From Candidatus Ozemobacteraceae bacterium (lineage in GTDB: Bacteria; Muiribacteriota; Ozemobacteria; Ozemobacterales; Ozemobacteraceae): a stretch of 64,000 nucleotides of DNA. This document shows positions 20,735-30,256 of this stretch, in pieces. Both the position numbers and the translations under genes were made by a program. The notes beneath the pieces are model-generated. The model saw nothing but the letters and a program-made list of their open reading frames with translations, made no database searches and was not told where the DNA came from. Where the stretch lies: contig OZ223236.1 in assembly GCA_965140445.1 (NCBI GenBank), positions 5,024,001-5,088,000 of the forward strand, given 5' to 3'. The first letter of the stretch is position 1; each line of letters begins with the position of its first letter.

Positions 20735-20855
20735 TATTCTAACCACTCTTATCTTGTTTATATGTGTATATAAGCTTACTTCAAAAAAAAGGGTTTTCCT
20801 AATAATTTTAGTTCAGTCAAATATCAGCTTATCAGCGAGTCAAAGATTCAGAAAT

Positions 20856-20893
20856 AAAAAACTGGGCTTCTCAACTTTTGGTGAGAAGCCCAG
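20856..20893 (-). terminator. Rho-independent terminator after the C25 peptidase gene
   Basis: Perfect 12-bp stem ctgggcttctca/tgagaagcccag followed by a U-tract on the minus strand. Confidence 0.85.
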
Positions 20894-20908
20894 CATTCAT
20901 TATTTTAA

Positions 20909-23899
20909 CTATTTTTTAAGCTGATCAGATTCTTCGCTAAGTACATAAACCTCTTTGCCATCTTCTTTTACAACCGCATAGTAAACAGGCTTTTTATTTG
21001 AATCCCAGGCGAACTTAAACTTTCCATCTTTCTTAATAACAAGCTCGTTCAAAACAATGCCAGCTCCTTGTTTTGCTTTTAATCCTGGATTTACAACGCA
21101 AGTATAGTTTGAAGTCTTCTTAAATTCTGCATAGTTCAAAAAGAAAGCATATTCATATGGTTTATCTGAAGCCTTTAACTCTTCTTCAACTTCATATACG
21201 CCTTTTCCGTTATCCTTAGCTTCTAGCCACTTAAATCTTTCTCCAGGTAATCTATAAAGCACTTCAACGCTTTGGATTTTGGTGGCAGACAGATTAAAAG
21301 TATAATCCTTGCCTTTATCATTGTGGAATGCTCTGACACAAAGATTTCTTCCAGGAATTGTATAAATTAACCTGAACTTTCCTAATGGAAGATCTTCAAG
21401 AGAAAATTTTCCAGTTTTATCAATTTTAATTTCTTTAAAGAGCTTTGAACCATGTTTTTCATCTTTAAACAATCTCAATTCAGCATTCTTTAAAACATCA
21501 ACTTTTCCTGAAAGCTTTGAAAGAGGATACAAAACAATATTCCAGGTTCTAACAAAGCCCTGATCTCTTTGTTCAAACAAGAAAGGCTTATAAATCGAAT
21601 TATATTTATCAGCAGAAGCCTCTACATAAAGACTGAGCTTTGGCAAGGCACTGAAACTGTATTTCCCGGTTTCATCTGTTTTGACTTCCTGAAGTGTCTT
21701 CCAGGAATCGTTTTCTCCAAAGAAGCCACCAACATTAACAGTTACATTTTTTGCTGGCTTTTTTGTATCGCCAAAAATCACACGACCAGAAATCTTACAA
21801 CCTGCCGCCAATTGAAAGTGCTTAACAAGGGTCTTTTTCTCGTTAATGGTGACACGAGCAGAAACATCTTTAAGGCCTTGAGCTTTTACTTTAATAACCT
21901 GAGGACCAAAAGCAACTCTTTCCACCACACAAGGGGTTTTTCCTACAGGCACATTGTTTAAATAAACAGTAGCACCACTTGGGTCTGAAGTCACTTTTAA
22001 GCGACCAATTTCATCATGGTTAACTGGAGCGATTTCTTTAGAAACTTTAGATTTCAACTCAAACAGCTTATGGAAAATTCTGGTCTGAATATCAGATTGA
22101 TCGTTTCCGAGATGAGCCAACTTAAAACGCATTTTGTCGGAAACAGCAACAAGAACATGCGCAAATTGATCAACTGCTGATGGGTTAGCTTTAAGATTTT
22201 CCTGAATGAAATCTAAAGCTATTTCAACCTGCTCATAGTTTTTATTTTCTACAAGATCAATAAAGAACTTTCTTACCTCTTGTCTTTTCCTGGCAAGAGT
22301 TGCATTAAGGTAATTATAATCACGGCCAAGTTTAGCAAAAATCTTCTTGTTACTTCTTGTTTTCTTGAGAGTGTTAGCTAATGATTTTACACCAGCATCA
22401 AGATCTATTAACTCTTGAATAAGGCCATTAACAATAGACTTTTTGCTCGCCAATGAAAGCGTAACAATCCCATTGTTTGAAGTTTTTCCAACGGAATAAA
22501 CACCGGCTGGAGAAGCAAAAGCAATCTTCTTGCTAACAGGAATACAGTTCTTTGCAGAAGCAGTAACCAACAAGGTATTGTCATCAAAATATCGAATGGC
22601 TACCTTTGCAGCGTTAACACTTTTCCCAGAAGCTACAACTTTAACATTTACTTTATTGGAGCGAATTTCGCTTGCTGAAAGATTTAATTTAACAGGCTCA
22701 GAAGTCCATACAGGCATTTCTGGACAACCAAGCAGGTTCATTCCATAGACTAACCATCTAAAACAGCTATCTTCACTTTTAGCTTCAGGAATGTATTTAG
22801 CTCTCGCCCTGGCAGCCGCCTGGCCGATGCTATTTGAAACATTCTTAGGATCATTGAAGAGAAGATGAAGGAAATCTCTAACCATCAAAATAGAATAGAA
22901 ATATCCTTCATTTCTTGGTTGATACCAACCTTCACGACTACAGGCCCAATAAGCTACAGCGCCGCTTTTTGGGTTATTCATAATGTGCTCTGACAAACTG
23001 TCTTTGTCAAAATAGTTTGTCAAACATGAAATAGAAGTATAAATGAATGGAAATGCATTCTTTAAAGAATCAGCATGTTCATTAGTAAATTGTTTTCTAA
23101 AACCGAAAAGTTGCTGATTACCATGCGCACCAACATAAACAATATGTGGATTAAAAGTATCCAGGCCAGTTTTAAACTTTTCAGCATCAGAACCACGAAG
23201 GTGATAAAATTTCTTCAGTTTGAAACCCTTTAAAGATTCTTTAGCAAGGATTTCAGCACCACGTTCAGCAAAAGTGAATTCATCTAATTCTGCACCACAC
23301 AAAACAGATTTTTTGACCCAATTCTTAGGTGGTCTTTTTTCGTAGTTCAAAACCTTTTCAACAAAATTTGAAGCTTCTTCAGCTGTATCGACAGATGCGC
23401 GGCCAATAAAAACTTCAGGAGTTAAATCAACATTGTCATTAAACTCGCCATAAATACGATTTCCATTTCCGTTCCAGTTACCGTCTAATGCAGCATAATA
23501 AAGGTCTGAAGGAATATCGGTATTCTTAATACCTGATCTCGCATATCTTACGGGAATAATTTCGCCTTGTTGGCCTTCAGTATCTCCGCCAAGCAGAACC
23601 CATCTGGTTCCCCAGTTTTTATAAGCAAATTTTACAAATTCACGAATTCGTCCAGGCCCATCGCCTCGAAAATTCTTTTTTATAAAATCAGTTGTTACAA
23701 CTTTGGCTCTTATCCCTTTATCGGTTTTCCAGTCTGCTAATTTTTGAAAAACACCTGCGAATTCTGGGATTGTAATTACAACATACTCATAATTCTCGCC
23801 GGTGATCTGAGTCGCATTCCTGGCAAAAACGGGTAAAAAGGAGCTTACTATAAAAATAGTAAGAAGTAAGAAAAGGAGTTTGCCTGAGCATTTATTCAC
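20909..23899 (-). CDS. Secreted peptidase C25 (gingipain-like) with PEGA and carboxypeptidase-regulatory-like/Ig domains
   Basis: YVVIT, LADWKTDKG, WVLLGGD, SDLYY, EVFIGRA, catalytic AHG and SISC, NLLGCP motifs; PEGA (VTSDPSGATVYLN...GKTP). GTG 23899 follows GGAGG and begins a signal peptide. Confidence 0.88.
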   Translation of the reverse strand: MNKCSGKLLFLLLTIFIVSSFLPVFARNATQITGENYEYVVITIPEFAGVFQKLADWKTDKGIRAKVVTTDFIKKNFRGDGPGRIREFVKFAYKNWGTRWVLLGGDTEGQQGEIIPVRYARSGIKNTDIPSDLYYAALDGNWNGNGNRIYGEFNDNVDLTPEVFIGRASVDTAEEASNFVEKVLNYEKRPPKNWVKKSVLCGAELDEFTFAERGAEILAKESLKGFKLKKFYHLRGSDAEKFKTGLDTFNPHIVYVGAHGNQQLFGFRKQFTNEHADSLKNAFPFIYTSISCLTNYFDKDSLSEHIMNNPKSGAVAYWACSREGWYQPRNEGYFYSILMVRDFLHLLFNDPKNVSNSIGQAAARARAKYIPEAKSEDSCFRWLVYGMNLLGCPEMPVWTSEPVKLNLSASEIRSNKVNVKVVASGKSVNAAKVAIRYFDDNTLLVTASAKNCIPVSKKIAFASPAGVYSVGKTSNNGIVTLSLASKKSIVNGLIQELIDLDAGVKSLANTLKKTRSNKKIFAKLGRDYNYLNATLARKRQEVRKFFIDLVENKNYEQVEIALDFIQENLKANPSAVDQFAHVLVAVSDKMRFKLAHLGNDQSDIQTRIFHKLFELKSKVSKEIAPVNHDEIGRLKVTSDPSGATVYLNNVPVGKTPCVVERVAFGPQVIKVKAQGLKDVSARVTINEKKTLVKHFQLAAGCKISGRVIFGDTKKPAKNVTVNVGGFFGENDSWKTLQEVKTDETGKYSFSALPKLSLYVEASADKYNSIYKPFLFEQRDQGFVRTWNIVLYPLSKLSGKVDVLKNAELRLFKDEKHGSKLFKEIKIDKTGKFSLEDLPLGKFRLIYTIPGRNLCVRAFHNDKGKDYTFNLSATKIQSVEVLYRLPGERFKWLEAKDNGKGVYEVEEELKASDKPYEYAFFLNYAEFKKTSNYTCVVNPGLKAKQGAGIVLNELVIKKDGKFKFAWDSNKKPVYYAVVKEDGKEVYVLSEESDQLKK

Positions 23900-24020
23900 T
23901 TTTTTCCTCCGAAATTTTGTGGTGTACAAAATGATTATAATGATTTCCGGCAAATTTGGTAGAGTTGAACATAAATTTATGTGATAATTAGCCCTATATT
24001 TTTTTGGAGGAAAAACCAAG

Positions 24021-24755
24021 ATGTTTCAGGAAGCCGCACAAGCGATACAATCAGCCAATAGAGTATGCGTATTCACCGGAGCAGGAATATCTGTTGAAAG
24101 CGGCATTCCGCCATTTAGGGGGAAAAATGGTCTATGGAATAAGTATGATCCAACCTTCATTGAAATTAATTATTTTTTGAGCAATCCTGAAGAATCCTGG
24201 AAGTTAATAAAAAAAATATTTTATGATTTCTTTGGTGCTGCTTCTCCAAATTCGGCTCATTATGCTATTGCAGAACTTGAAGAGTCAGGCCTGGTTTCTT
24301 CAATTATTACCCAAAACATTGATAATCTTCACCAGCAAGCTGGAAGCCGAAGGATCTATGAATTTCACGGCACCGCAAGCAATATGGTTTGTCTTGATTG
24401 CCAGAGCAAGTTTCCAGCCTCACAAATTGATTTAACCAAGCTTCCCCCTGAATGCCCCGAATGTACAAAAGGCACAATAAAGCCTGATTTCATTTTTTTT
24501 GGAGAAGGAATTCCTGAACCTGCCAGTTCTTTATCTTTTAAGGAAGCTGAACTTTCAGATTTGTTTATTGTTATTGGCACAACAGGTGAAGTCATGCCAG
24601 CATGCATGATACCTTCTATGGCTAAACAAAACGGCGCAACAATTATTGAAATTAATCCTACCCCATCAAATTTTACTCACAAAATCACTGACATTTTCCT
24701 TCAAGGCCCAGCAACCCAAATGATGGAAGGCATTTTATCCGAATTAAAAAAATAA
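24021..24755 (+). CDS. cobB: NAD-dependent protein deacylase (sirtuin)
   Basis: TGAGISVESGIPPFRG, ITQNIDNLH, HG, two CxxC pairs, GTTGEVMPA. Confidence 0.95.
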   Translation: MFQEAAQAIQSANRVCVFTGAGISVESGIPPFRGKNGLWNKYDPTFIEINYFLSNPEESWKLIKKIFYDFFGAASPNSAHYAIAELEESGLVSSIITQNIDNLHQQAGSRRIYEFHGTASNMVCLDCQSKFPASQIDLTKLPPECPECTKGTIKPDFIFFGEGIPEPASSLSFKEAELSDLFIVIGTTGEVMPACMIPSMAKQNGATIIEINPTPSNFTHKITDIFLQGPATQMMEGILSELKK

Positions 24756-24812
24756 TTTTAATTATGGAATAAATTCAATTCTTCGGGATTATAGTTTTTG
24801 GAAGAAGAAAAA

Positions 24813-25331
24813 ATGAACCAATTAAACAAAAACAATAAATTCGAAGAACTCCTTAACAATTTCCAGGGATTGGTTTACTCCATAGTCTATGGAATAACCC
24901 TAAATCCGTCTGATAGCTGGGATATCACGCAGGAGGTATTCATAAAAGCTTTCGGCGAAAAAAGAATTTATGAAGAATCGTTTAACTCAAAAGCATGGTT
25001 AGCAACTGTTGCCAGAAATGATGCGCTTAAATACAAAAGAAGCCTGAAACGAAAGTTGAACTATTTTTTACGGTTCTGCGGTCTCGATTCTATTGACCAT
25101 GCAACCGAGATTGAAGAACAATTTTTGCGGGAACAGAACTGCAAACTACTAAAGAAATTAATGATAAAACTTTCTGAAGATGAAAGAGAAATCATTGCTC
25201 TTAGATTTTCAGCTGACCTTTCATATAAAGAAATTGCTGAAATCCTGGAAATAAAAATAGGAACAGTTATGTCTCGTCTCTCAAGAATAAAAAACAAACT
25301 TGGAAGCCAATTTATGGAGGATTCCATATGA
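24813..25331 (+). CDS. ECF RNA polymerase sigma-70 factor
   Basis: Region 2 (DITQEVFIKAF...WLATVARN) and region 4 (LSYKEIAEILEIKIGTVMSRLSR); start may be TTG 24798. Confidence 0.92.
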   Translation: MNQLNKNNKFEELLNNFQGLVYSIVYGITLNPSDSWDITQEVFIKAFGEKRIYEESFNSKAWLATVARNDALKYKRSLKRKLNYFLRFCGLDSIDHATEIEEQFLREQNCKLLKKLMIKLSEDEREIIALRFSADLSYKEIAEILEIKIGTVMSRLSRIKNKLGSQFMEDSI

Positions 25332-25738
25332 ATAGCGCAAAAATAAAAAATGCTTTCAAGCAGATTGATCGCACTTCTGGCAGCAGTAAGAATCTTCGCC
25401 AGAGAATTCTCAGCAAAACAGTACATCAAAAAATGGACTTTTTCTGGCTGATTAAAACCTTCTCAATAGTAATGGCATTTGCCCTAATTACTTTGTTTGT
25501 TTTACCGGATTTGCAGGTTTCACCAGCAGAAATTAAAGTTACTAGTGAAGATATAGTGGGGCAATCAATCTCCCACCTTCAAAGTCTTTCTGAAATAAAT
25601 TCCGTTATTTTACTAATTCTGACTGGAACAGTCAGAATTTTCTTGAAACTTTCCTTCCTGGCCTTCATTCTGACTGCAGCAGCAATGCCTGGCCAACATC
25701 AAAATTCCCAAACAGGAGAAATAATATGTCCAGACTAA
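25328..25738 (+). CDS. Probable membrane anti-sigma factor / hypothetical membrane protein
   Basis: ATGA overlap with the sigma gene; short basic N-terminus and two hydrophobic regions. Confidence 0.6.
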   Translation: MNSAKIKNAFKQIDRTSGSSKNLRQRILSKTVHQKMDFFWLIKTFSIVMAFALITLFVLPDLQVSPAEIKVTSEDIVGQSISHLQSLSEINSVILLILTGTVRIFLKLSFLAFILTAAAMPGQHQNSQTGEIICPD

Positions 25739-26967
25739 CGGAAAAATTCTTCTCTTTAAGCCCATTTAAACGTGTTCTAATAGTAATACTTGCATTGCTG
25801 CTTATTTCTACGTTAGCAACCAGCTATAGTTTCTACAATCTTGTCAAAGCCAACCAGGAATTCTTTAAGTCAGACTTAAAAATGAATAAAAAGTTTGATC
25901 TGACAGAAAAACTTAGAGAAGTTGGAAACCAGTATACAAGTGAAAAAGATCTGGATGCACTATCTCAATGGCATTCTTTAGCAAGCTTTTCCTCTACCCT
26001 TTTAAAAGTAAATTCCGACAAGTCTTCGAATGAGCAAACTTACTATATTGCCTCGCATTCTGAGAAAATTGAAAATGAAGTTCTAGGTGCCATTGAACAA
26101 TTTGATAATTTTGAGTGGAAAACACTAATTCTTTTTTCCTACTACCAGACAGACATAACCAATCTCAATTACCCAACCATTAACTTTAGAGAAGTCAGAA
26201 GAGTAAGTCGTTTTCTGAGCATCTATCAAGAGTATCTTCTCGAACAAAATAATAACTTCGATGTTTCCAGAATAACATCTGTTGCTCAGAAAATTACCAG
26301 AATTAGCGAAGTAATAACTCCATTCCTGATTGGAAAAATGGTTTCAGTTTCAATTGATAACTTTCAAGCAAACTCTCTAAACAAGCTTATTAATAATAGT
26401 AAATTGGACAGTTCTGACGCTAAAAAAATACTGCAAAATTTAACCGAAGGATACTCCTGCGCGACTAGTTTTTATCAAACCCTCGAAAATGAGTTCAGCT
26501 TTTTTAAAACAGCCAGAGGACGTGCTTATATTGCTGCTCCACTAGCTTTTTTTGTTCTAGATATAGCCTTTGGCAACCCTGAACTTGAATATCTTAAAAT
26601 TCTAAATGCTGTAAAAAACAACTCAAGCGAGAGTGAAATTTCAAAATTTCAGCAGGAAATTAAGCACCCCCTGATGATGATTTTCTTTCCAAACTTGAGA
26701 TTGGCAAAAGAAAAGTTTCTGGAAAATCAGGTTCTTAAAGCCATTATCTGTAGCAGACTATCATTCTTAGCCAACTCTAATAAGGTTTTTAAAGACCCAT
26801 ACTCTAACTTACCTTTGAAAATGATGCTTGTAGATGGAAAAACAAGCTTTTATAGCGTAGGACCAGACCTGAAAGATGATAAGGCTGAAGGTGATGACAT
26901 TTCCTTTAGAAGTTTCAAAGAAGGGTTAATTGCTAGAGAAAAGAACAGAAAAAGCAAAAAAAAGTAA
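25726..26967 (+). CDS. Membrane-anchored protein with GspG-like C-terminal motif
   Basis: N-terminal TM; C-terminal DPY...FYSVGPDLKDD...GDDI resembles the T2SS pseudopilin G C-terminus; AGGAG RBS. Confidence 0.65.
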   Translation: MSRLTEKFFSLSPFKRVLIVILALLLISTLATSYSFYNLVKANQEFFKSDLKMNKKFDLTEKLREVGNQYTSEKDLDALSQWHSLASFSSTLLKVNSDKSSNEQTYYIASHSEKIENEVLGAIEQFDNFEWKTLILFSYYQTDITNLNYPTINFREVRRVSRFLSIYQEYLLEQNNNFDVSRITSVAQKITRISEVITPFLIGKMVSVSIDNFQANSLNKLINNSKLDSSDAKKILQNLTEGYSCATSFYQTLENEFSFFKTARGRAYIAAPLAFFVLDIAFGNPELEYLKILNAVKNNSSESEISKFQQEIKHPLMMIFFPNLRLAKEKFLENQVLKAIICSRLSFLANSNKVFKDPYSNLPLKMMLVDGKTSFYSVGPDLKDDKAEGDDISFRSFKEGLIAREKNRKSKKK

Positions 26968-26977
26968 CTAAAATGGA

Positions 26978-27007
26978 ACCGGACGAACTCTAACGAGTTC
27001 GCCCGGT
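26978..27007. terminator. Hairpin between convergent genes (possible terminator)
   Basis: accggacgaactc-taac-gagttcgcccggt with one mismatch; no clear U-tract. Confidence 0.5.
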
Positions 27008-27059
27008 GTCTTCAATATTCCTTACCTCGACTCTGGCCATAAGAATATTAGAACGAATT

Positions 27060-27452
27060 TTAATTAAGGTCAAGATCTCCGTACACTTTAAAAATATTTC
27101 CGTCTCTTGCAACCTGCAATTCTTTTCCAGGGAATTCTTTTGGAAGTTCAGTCTGAAGCATTCCTACCACATGGTCCTCCACTTCTTCCTGAAATTCTTT
27201 TGGAACTCTTGCCATAGTTGCAAGCTTTACCCGAAAAACATAACCTGGGCCTAGTTTTGAACCTATTCCAACCGAAAATGAAACCCCAAGATCAAACAAT
27301 CCATCTGCATCCGGAGTAACGCCTTTCTTGTGCGAAGGACGATTTGGACGCAGTGGAAACCTGTCGCCATATTTTTCTTCAAGCTGATGATCTATGCGAT
27401 CAAAAATTTCCTGAAGCTTATCTTCCCATTTTTCTAAAAGTGGATTTTTCAA
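27060..27452 (-). CDS. Hypothetical protein
   Basis: 130-aa ORF with globular composition; GGGGAG RBS before TTG. Confidence 0.75.
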   Translation of the reverse strand: MKNPLLEKWEDKLQEIFDRIDHQLEEKYGDRFPLRPNRPSHKKGVTPDADGLFDLGVSFSVGIGSKLGPGYVFRVKLATMARVPKEFQEEVEDHVVGMLQTELPKEFPGKELQVARDGNIFKVYGDLDLN

Positions 27453-27561
27453 TTTAACGTTCTCCCCAATCTGCTGTAAATATGCTGTTTTAAAAGAATT
27501 AATTGAACGATATAAGAATCTATCATATTATGCCTGAAATTTCTAAATTCTTCGAGGCAAA

Positions 27562-28122
27562 ATGAATTTTTCAGACTACTTTTTAACTTTCAGCATCGCT
27601 TTCGCCCTTGGATGCGATGCCTTAGCTGTTGGAATGGCGATCGGGACTAAAGATCCCTGCCGAAGAGCTTGCTTTAGATTATGGTTCCATTTTGGACTAT
27701 TTCAATTCTTAATGCCCATTATAGGATGGAACCTTGGAAAATCAATTGTTGAATACATAAAAGACTATGACCACTGGATCGCATTCGGATTAATGTTTTT
27801 TATTGCAAGCAAAATGATGAAAGAAAGCCTCGAAAATGAAGAAAAAAGCGATGAAAAAGAAAAAAGTGATCCAACCCGAGGTTGGTCTCTTGTTGGCCTG
27901 TCCATTGCCACAAGTGTAGATGCACTTGGCGTTGGCTTTGGAATGGGAATAGCCAGAATGGAGTTAATAAAACCCGCTATAATTATTGGAATTACAGCGG
28001 GAATTATGACTTACACTGGCATTATTCTTGGGAAAAAGCTTTCGGCAAGATTTGGTAAGAGAATTGAAACTCTCGGGGCCATAGTCCTTTACATTATTGC
28101 CTTTAAACTTTTATCAATATAA
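27562..28122 (+). CDS. mntP: Manganese efflux pump MntP
   Basis: ALGCDALAVG, FGLFQFLMP, DHWIAF, SIATSVDALGVG motifs. Confidence 0.92.
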   Translation: MNFSDYFLTFSIAFALGCDALAVGMAIGTKDPCRRACFRLWFHFGLFQFLMPIIGWNLGKSIVEYIKDYDHWIAFGLMFFIASKMMKESLENEEKSDEKEKSDPTRGWSLVGLSIATSVDALGVGFGMGIARMELIKPAIIIGITAGIMTYTGIILGKKLSARFGKRIETLGAIVLYIIAFKLLSI

Positions 28123-28126
28123 TTTT

Positions 28127-29293
28127 TTAATATATTAACAAATAAAGGTAATGAGCTGAAACCCCGGCAACAATACCACCGACCGTATGTGAGATTAAAG
28201 CTTTAGAGGTCAGCTGGCGATATTTTAATGCATCCAGCATTGCAGTATGAGTGCTCAAATAACCGCTCCAACACATTCCCATGGCGGTAAAAACAGCGAT
28301 TTCATTACCTCCTGCAATACCCCTAGCAATAAATGCCTTTACCAAAGATAAAGCAGCTCCAACAGCTCCGAGACTCGTAATGGGAAAAGCTATCAACTCC
28401 GGTGAATTAAACCCAAAAAGAAGTTTAAAAAATCCACTAAACTGTCCAGCTAGCGCAGGTAAAAGAGGAACTCCCTCATATGCCAGTCCTTGATAGCCAA
28501 TTGTTGGATCTGATTTGCCAAAGGTCATAATCATAACCATCGAACTGATAATGATTACCCCGGGAATTATAGCTAGACCCAGATCTACCCCTTGTTTGCC
28601 ACCATCCAGAATTGAATTTAAAAATCTTAAAAAGACGTTCCCGCTGGATTTAAAGGAGATATTTTCAACTCCTTCAGTTTCCTCTTCAGAGACAGCCCTT
28701 CCAGCGTTCTTTTCAAAGTATGGTTTAACCAGCTTTTGCATTAGTCTTGTTGACACCATGGCACCAATAATAGCACCAGCAAAGCCTATTGCAGCAGCTC
28801 CGGGAAATCCCTTCCCAACCATAAAGGTCATAACAATCAAACCCATGCCAAAAGCGGTTCCAAAGTTTGTCAAAGAAATTAACTCGTGCTTTTTAAAATA
28901 CCGACTGAAATTTTTATCGTGAGCAAGGCTTATTATTGCAGGGTTGTCAGAGAAAAACGTCATCAAAGCCCCCAATGAAGCAACCCCTGGCAAACCAAAA
29001 ATTGGTCTCATAAATGGAGCCAGAATCACCTCAAGAAGCCTTACCACGCCGAACTCAATCATCAGACGTCCAAAAGCCCCCGCAAGTACTGTTATTCCCA
29101 TGATGTAAAAAACAGTATTCATCAATAAATCATGAGCGGTTTTCATGATTGTATTGAGCATATTAGTAGGGCCCATGTGGTAGCTGAGATACCCAAAAAA
29201 TGAAAAGAATACAAAAATGAAAATTACGGCTTCAAATCTTCGGCCGGACAACCCCTCAGAACCATGAGCAGATTCGCTACTTGACGCATTCAT
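28127..29293 (-). CDS. Polytopic membrane protein, CD0519/CD1768-like (nucleoside-recognition gate domain)
   Basis: TFFSDNPAII, LTNFGTAFGMG, FPITSLGAVGAA, MGMCWSGYLSTH motifs; many TM segments. Confidence 0.75.
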   Translation of the reverse strand: MNASSSESAHGSEGLSGRRFEAVIFIFVFFSFFGYLSYHMGPTNMLNTIMKTAHDLLMNTVFYIMGITVLAGAFGRLMIEFGVVRLLEVILAPFMRPIFGLPGVASLGALMTFFSDNPAIISLAHDKNFSRYFKKHELISLTNFGTAFGMGLIVMTFMVGKGFPGAAAIGFAGAIIGAMVSTRLMQKLVKPYFEKNAGRAVSEEETEGVENISFKSSGNVFLRFLNSILDGGKQGVDLGLAIIPGVIIISSMVMIMTFGKSDPTIGYQGLAYEGVPLLPALAGQFSGFFKLLFGFNSPELIAFPITSLGAVGAALSLVKAFIARGIAGGNEIAVFTAMGMCWSGYLSTHTAMLDALKYRQLTSKALISHTVGGIVAGVSAHYLYLLIY

Positions 29294-29351
29294 TCGTAAA
29301 TACCTTCCGTATATAAAAGTGTGTAAAATGCTAAAAAAATGAAATCAAATA

Positions 29352-30233
29352 CTAGTTTCCGTGCGGAAAATTAAAACTATCCAAAAATTGGAGGAATCTC
29401 CTTTCAAATTCTTTGGGATGCTTATTGTGCGCCTGCACATGCCTTGCTCCAGGAACAACCCATGTTTCAGCATCGGGCATTTTATTTTTTAATGCTTGAA
29501 AAGCTTCGTTGTTTGCCCGTCGGTCCAACTCATCATGAATTATAAACACCGGCCTGGAGCCAAAACCACCAGTTTTTTCGACAGGATTATTATTAGCGTA
29601 ATTGATTCCAGTGATCTTATAGATCAGGTAAAAGAAAATATCAGTTACAAAAGTATCTGGAATCTTTAAAGTACTCCAGGCGTCTCTGCCGGCAATTTTT
29701 CTTAGGCGCTCAAAGCTTGATTCAAGAATAAAAGCTTTTATTTCTTTTAGTTCAGCAGAGCCATTTATCAAAGTGGCAGCGCCCATTGACCGTCCATAAG
29801 CAACAATTGGAGTTGTATCGGATATTAGTTTTAGCTTTTTAGCCTCACCAATAACAGCCTTTAGATCTTTCCACTCATCTAGACCTACGGTACAGTATTT
29901 CCCGCCACTTTCGCCATGAGCGCGAAAGTCTGGCAGCAAAAGCGAGTAACCTCTTTGCCGCAGAAAGCCCACCAATCCATCCATCTGACCCAGGTTGACT
30001 CCATGGCCATGACAAAGAATGACAAGACCAGCCCCAGGCTTTCCTTCATAAAAAGCAGCCTTTATATTTATTCCATCAGAAGTAATAGCAGCAAACTCTT
30101 TAAAACCTTTATCTGAAAGAACAAATTTGGGAGCCAATTCCGGCCTGACAATCATTAAATAAATCACATAGGAAACAAATAATGAAAAGACCAGAACTGA
30201 AGCTCCAGCCACGAGGACGATCTTTTTAATCAC
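29352..30233 (-). CDS. Membrane-anchored alpha/beta hydrolase
   Basis: CHGH, DFRAHGES, GRSMG nucleophile, C-terminal GARH. Confidence 0.88.
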   Translation of the reverse strand: MIKKIVLVAGASVLVFSLFVSYVIYLMIVRPELAPKFVLSDKGFKEFAAITSDGINIKAAFYEGKPGAGLVILCHGHGVNLGQMDGLVGFLRQRGYSLLLPDFRAHGESGGKYCTVGLDEWKDLKAVIGEAKKLKLISDTTPIVAYGRSMGAATLINGSAELKEIKAFILESSFERLRKIAGRDAWSTLKIPDTFVTDIFFYLIYKITGINYANNNPVEKTGGFGSRPVFIIHDELDRRANNEAFQALKNKMPDAETWVVPGARHVQAHNKHPKEFERRFLQFLDSFNFPHGN

Positions 30234-30256
30234 TACTTGTTCCCTCCGATGTAAAA

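Noticed and set aside
23900..24019. Long N-terminal extensions in the ORF track (C25 peptidase; also TetR, M18, nqrC/D/E)
   Set aside because: Downstream starts have clear RBSs or stop-start overlaps; the extensions run through promoter regions
24760..24797. Possible autoregulatory ECF promoters (GGAAT here; TCGTAA near 51121)
   Set aside because: Motifs are too short in AT-rich DNA to support without comparative data
27453..27561. yybP-ykoY manganese riboswitch upstream of mntP
   Set aside because: The intergenic region is ~110 nt, AT-rich, shared with a divergent gene, and shows no recognisable riboswitch core
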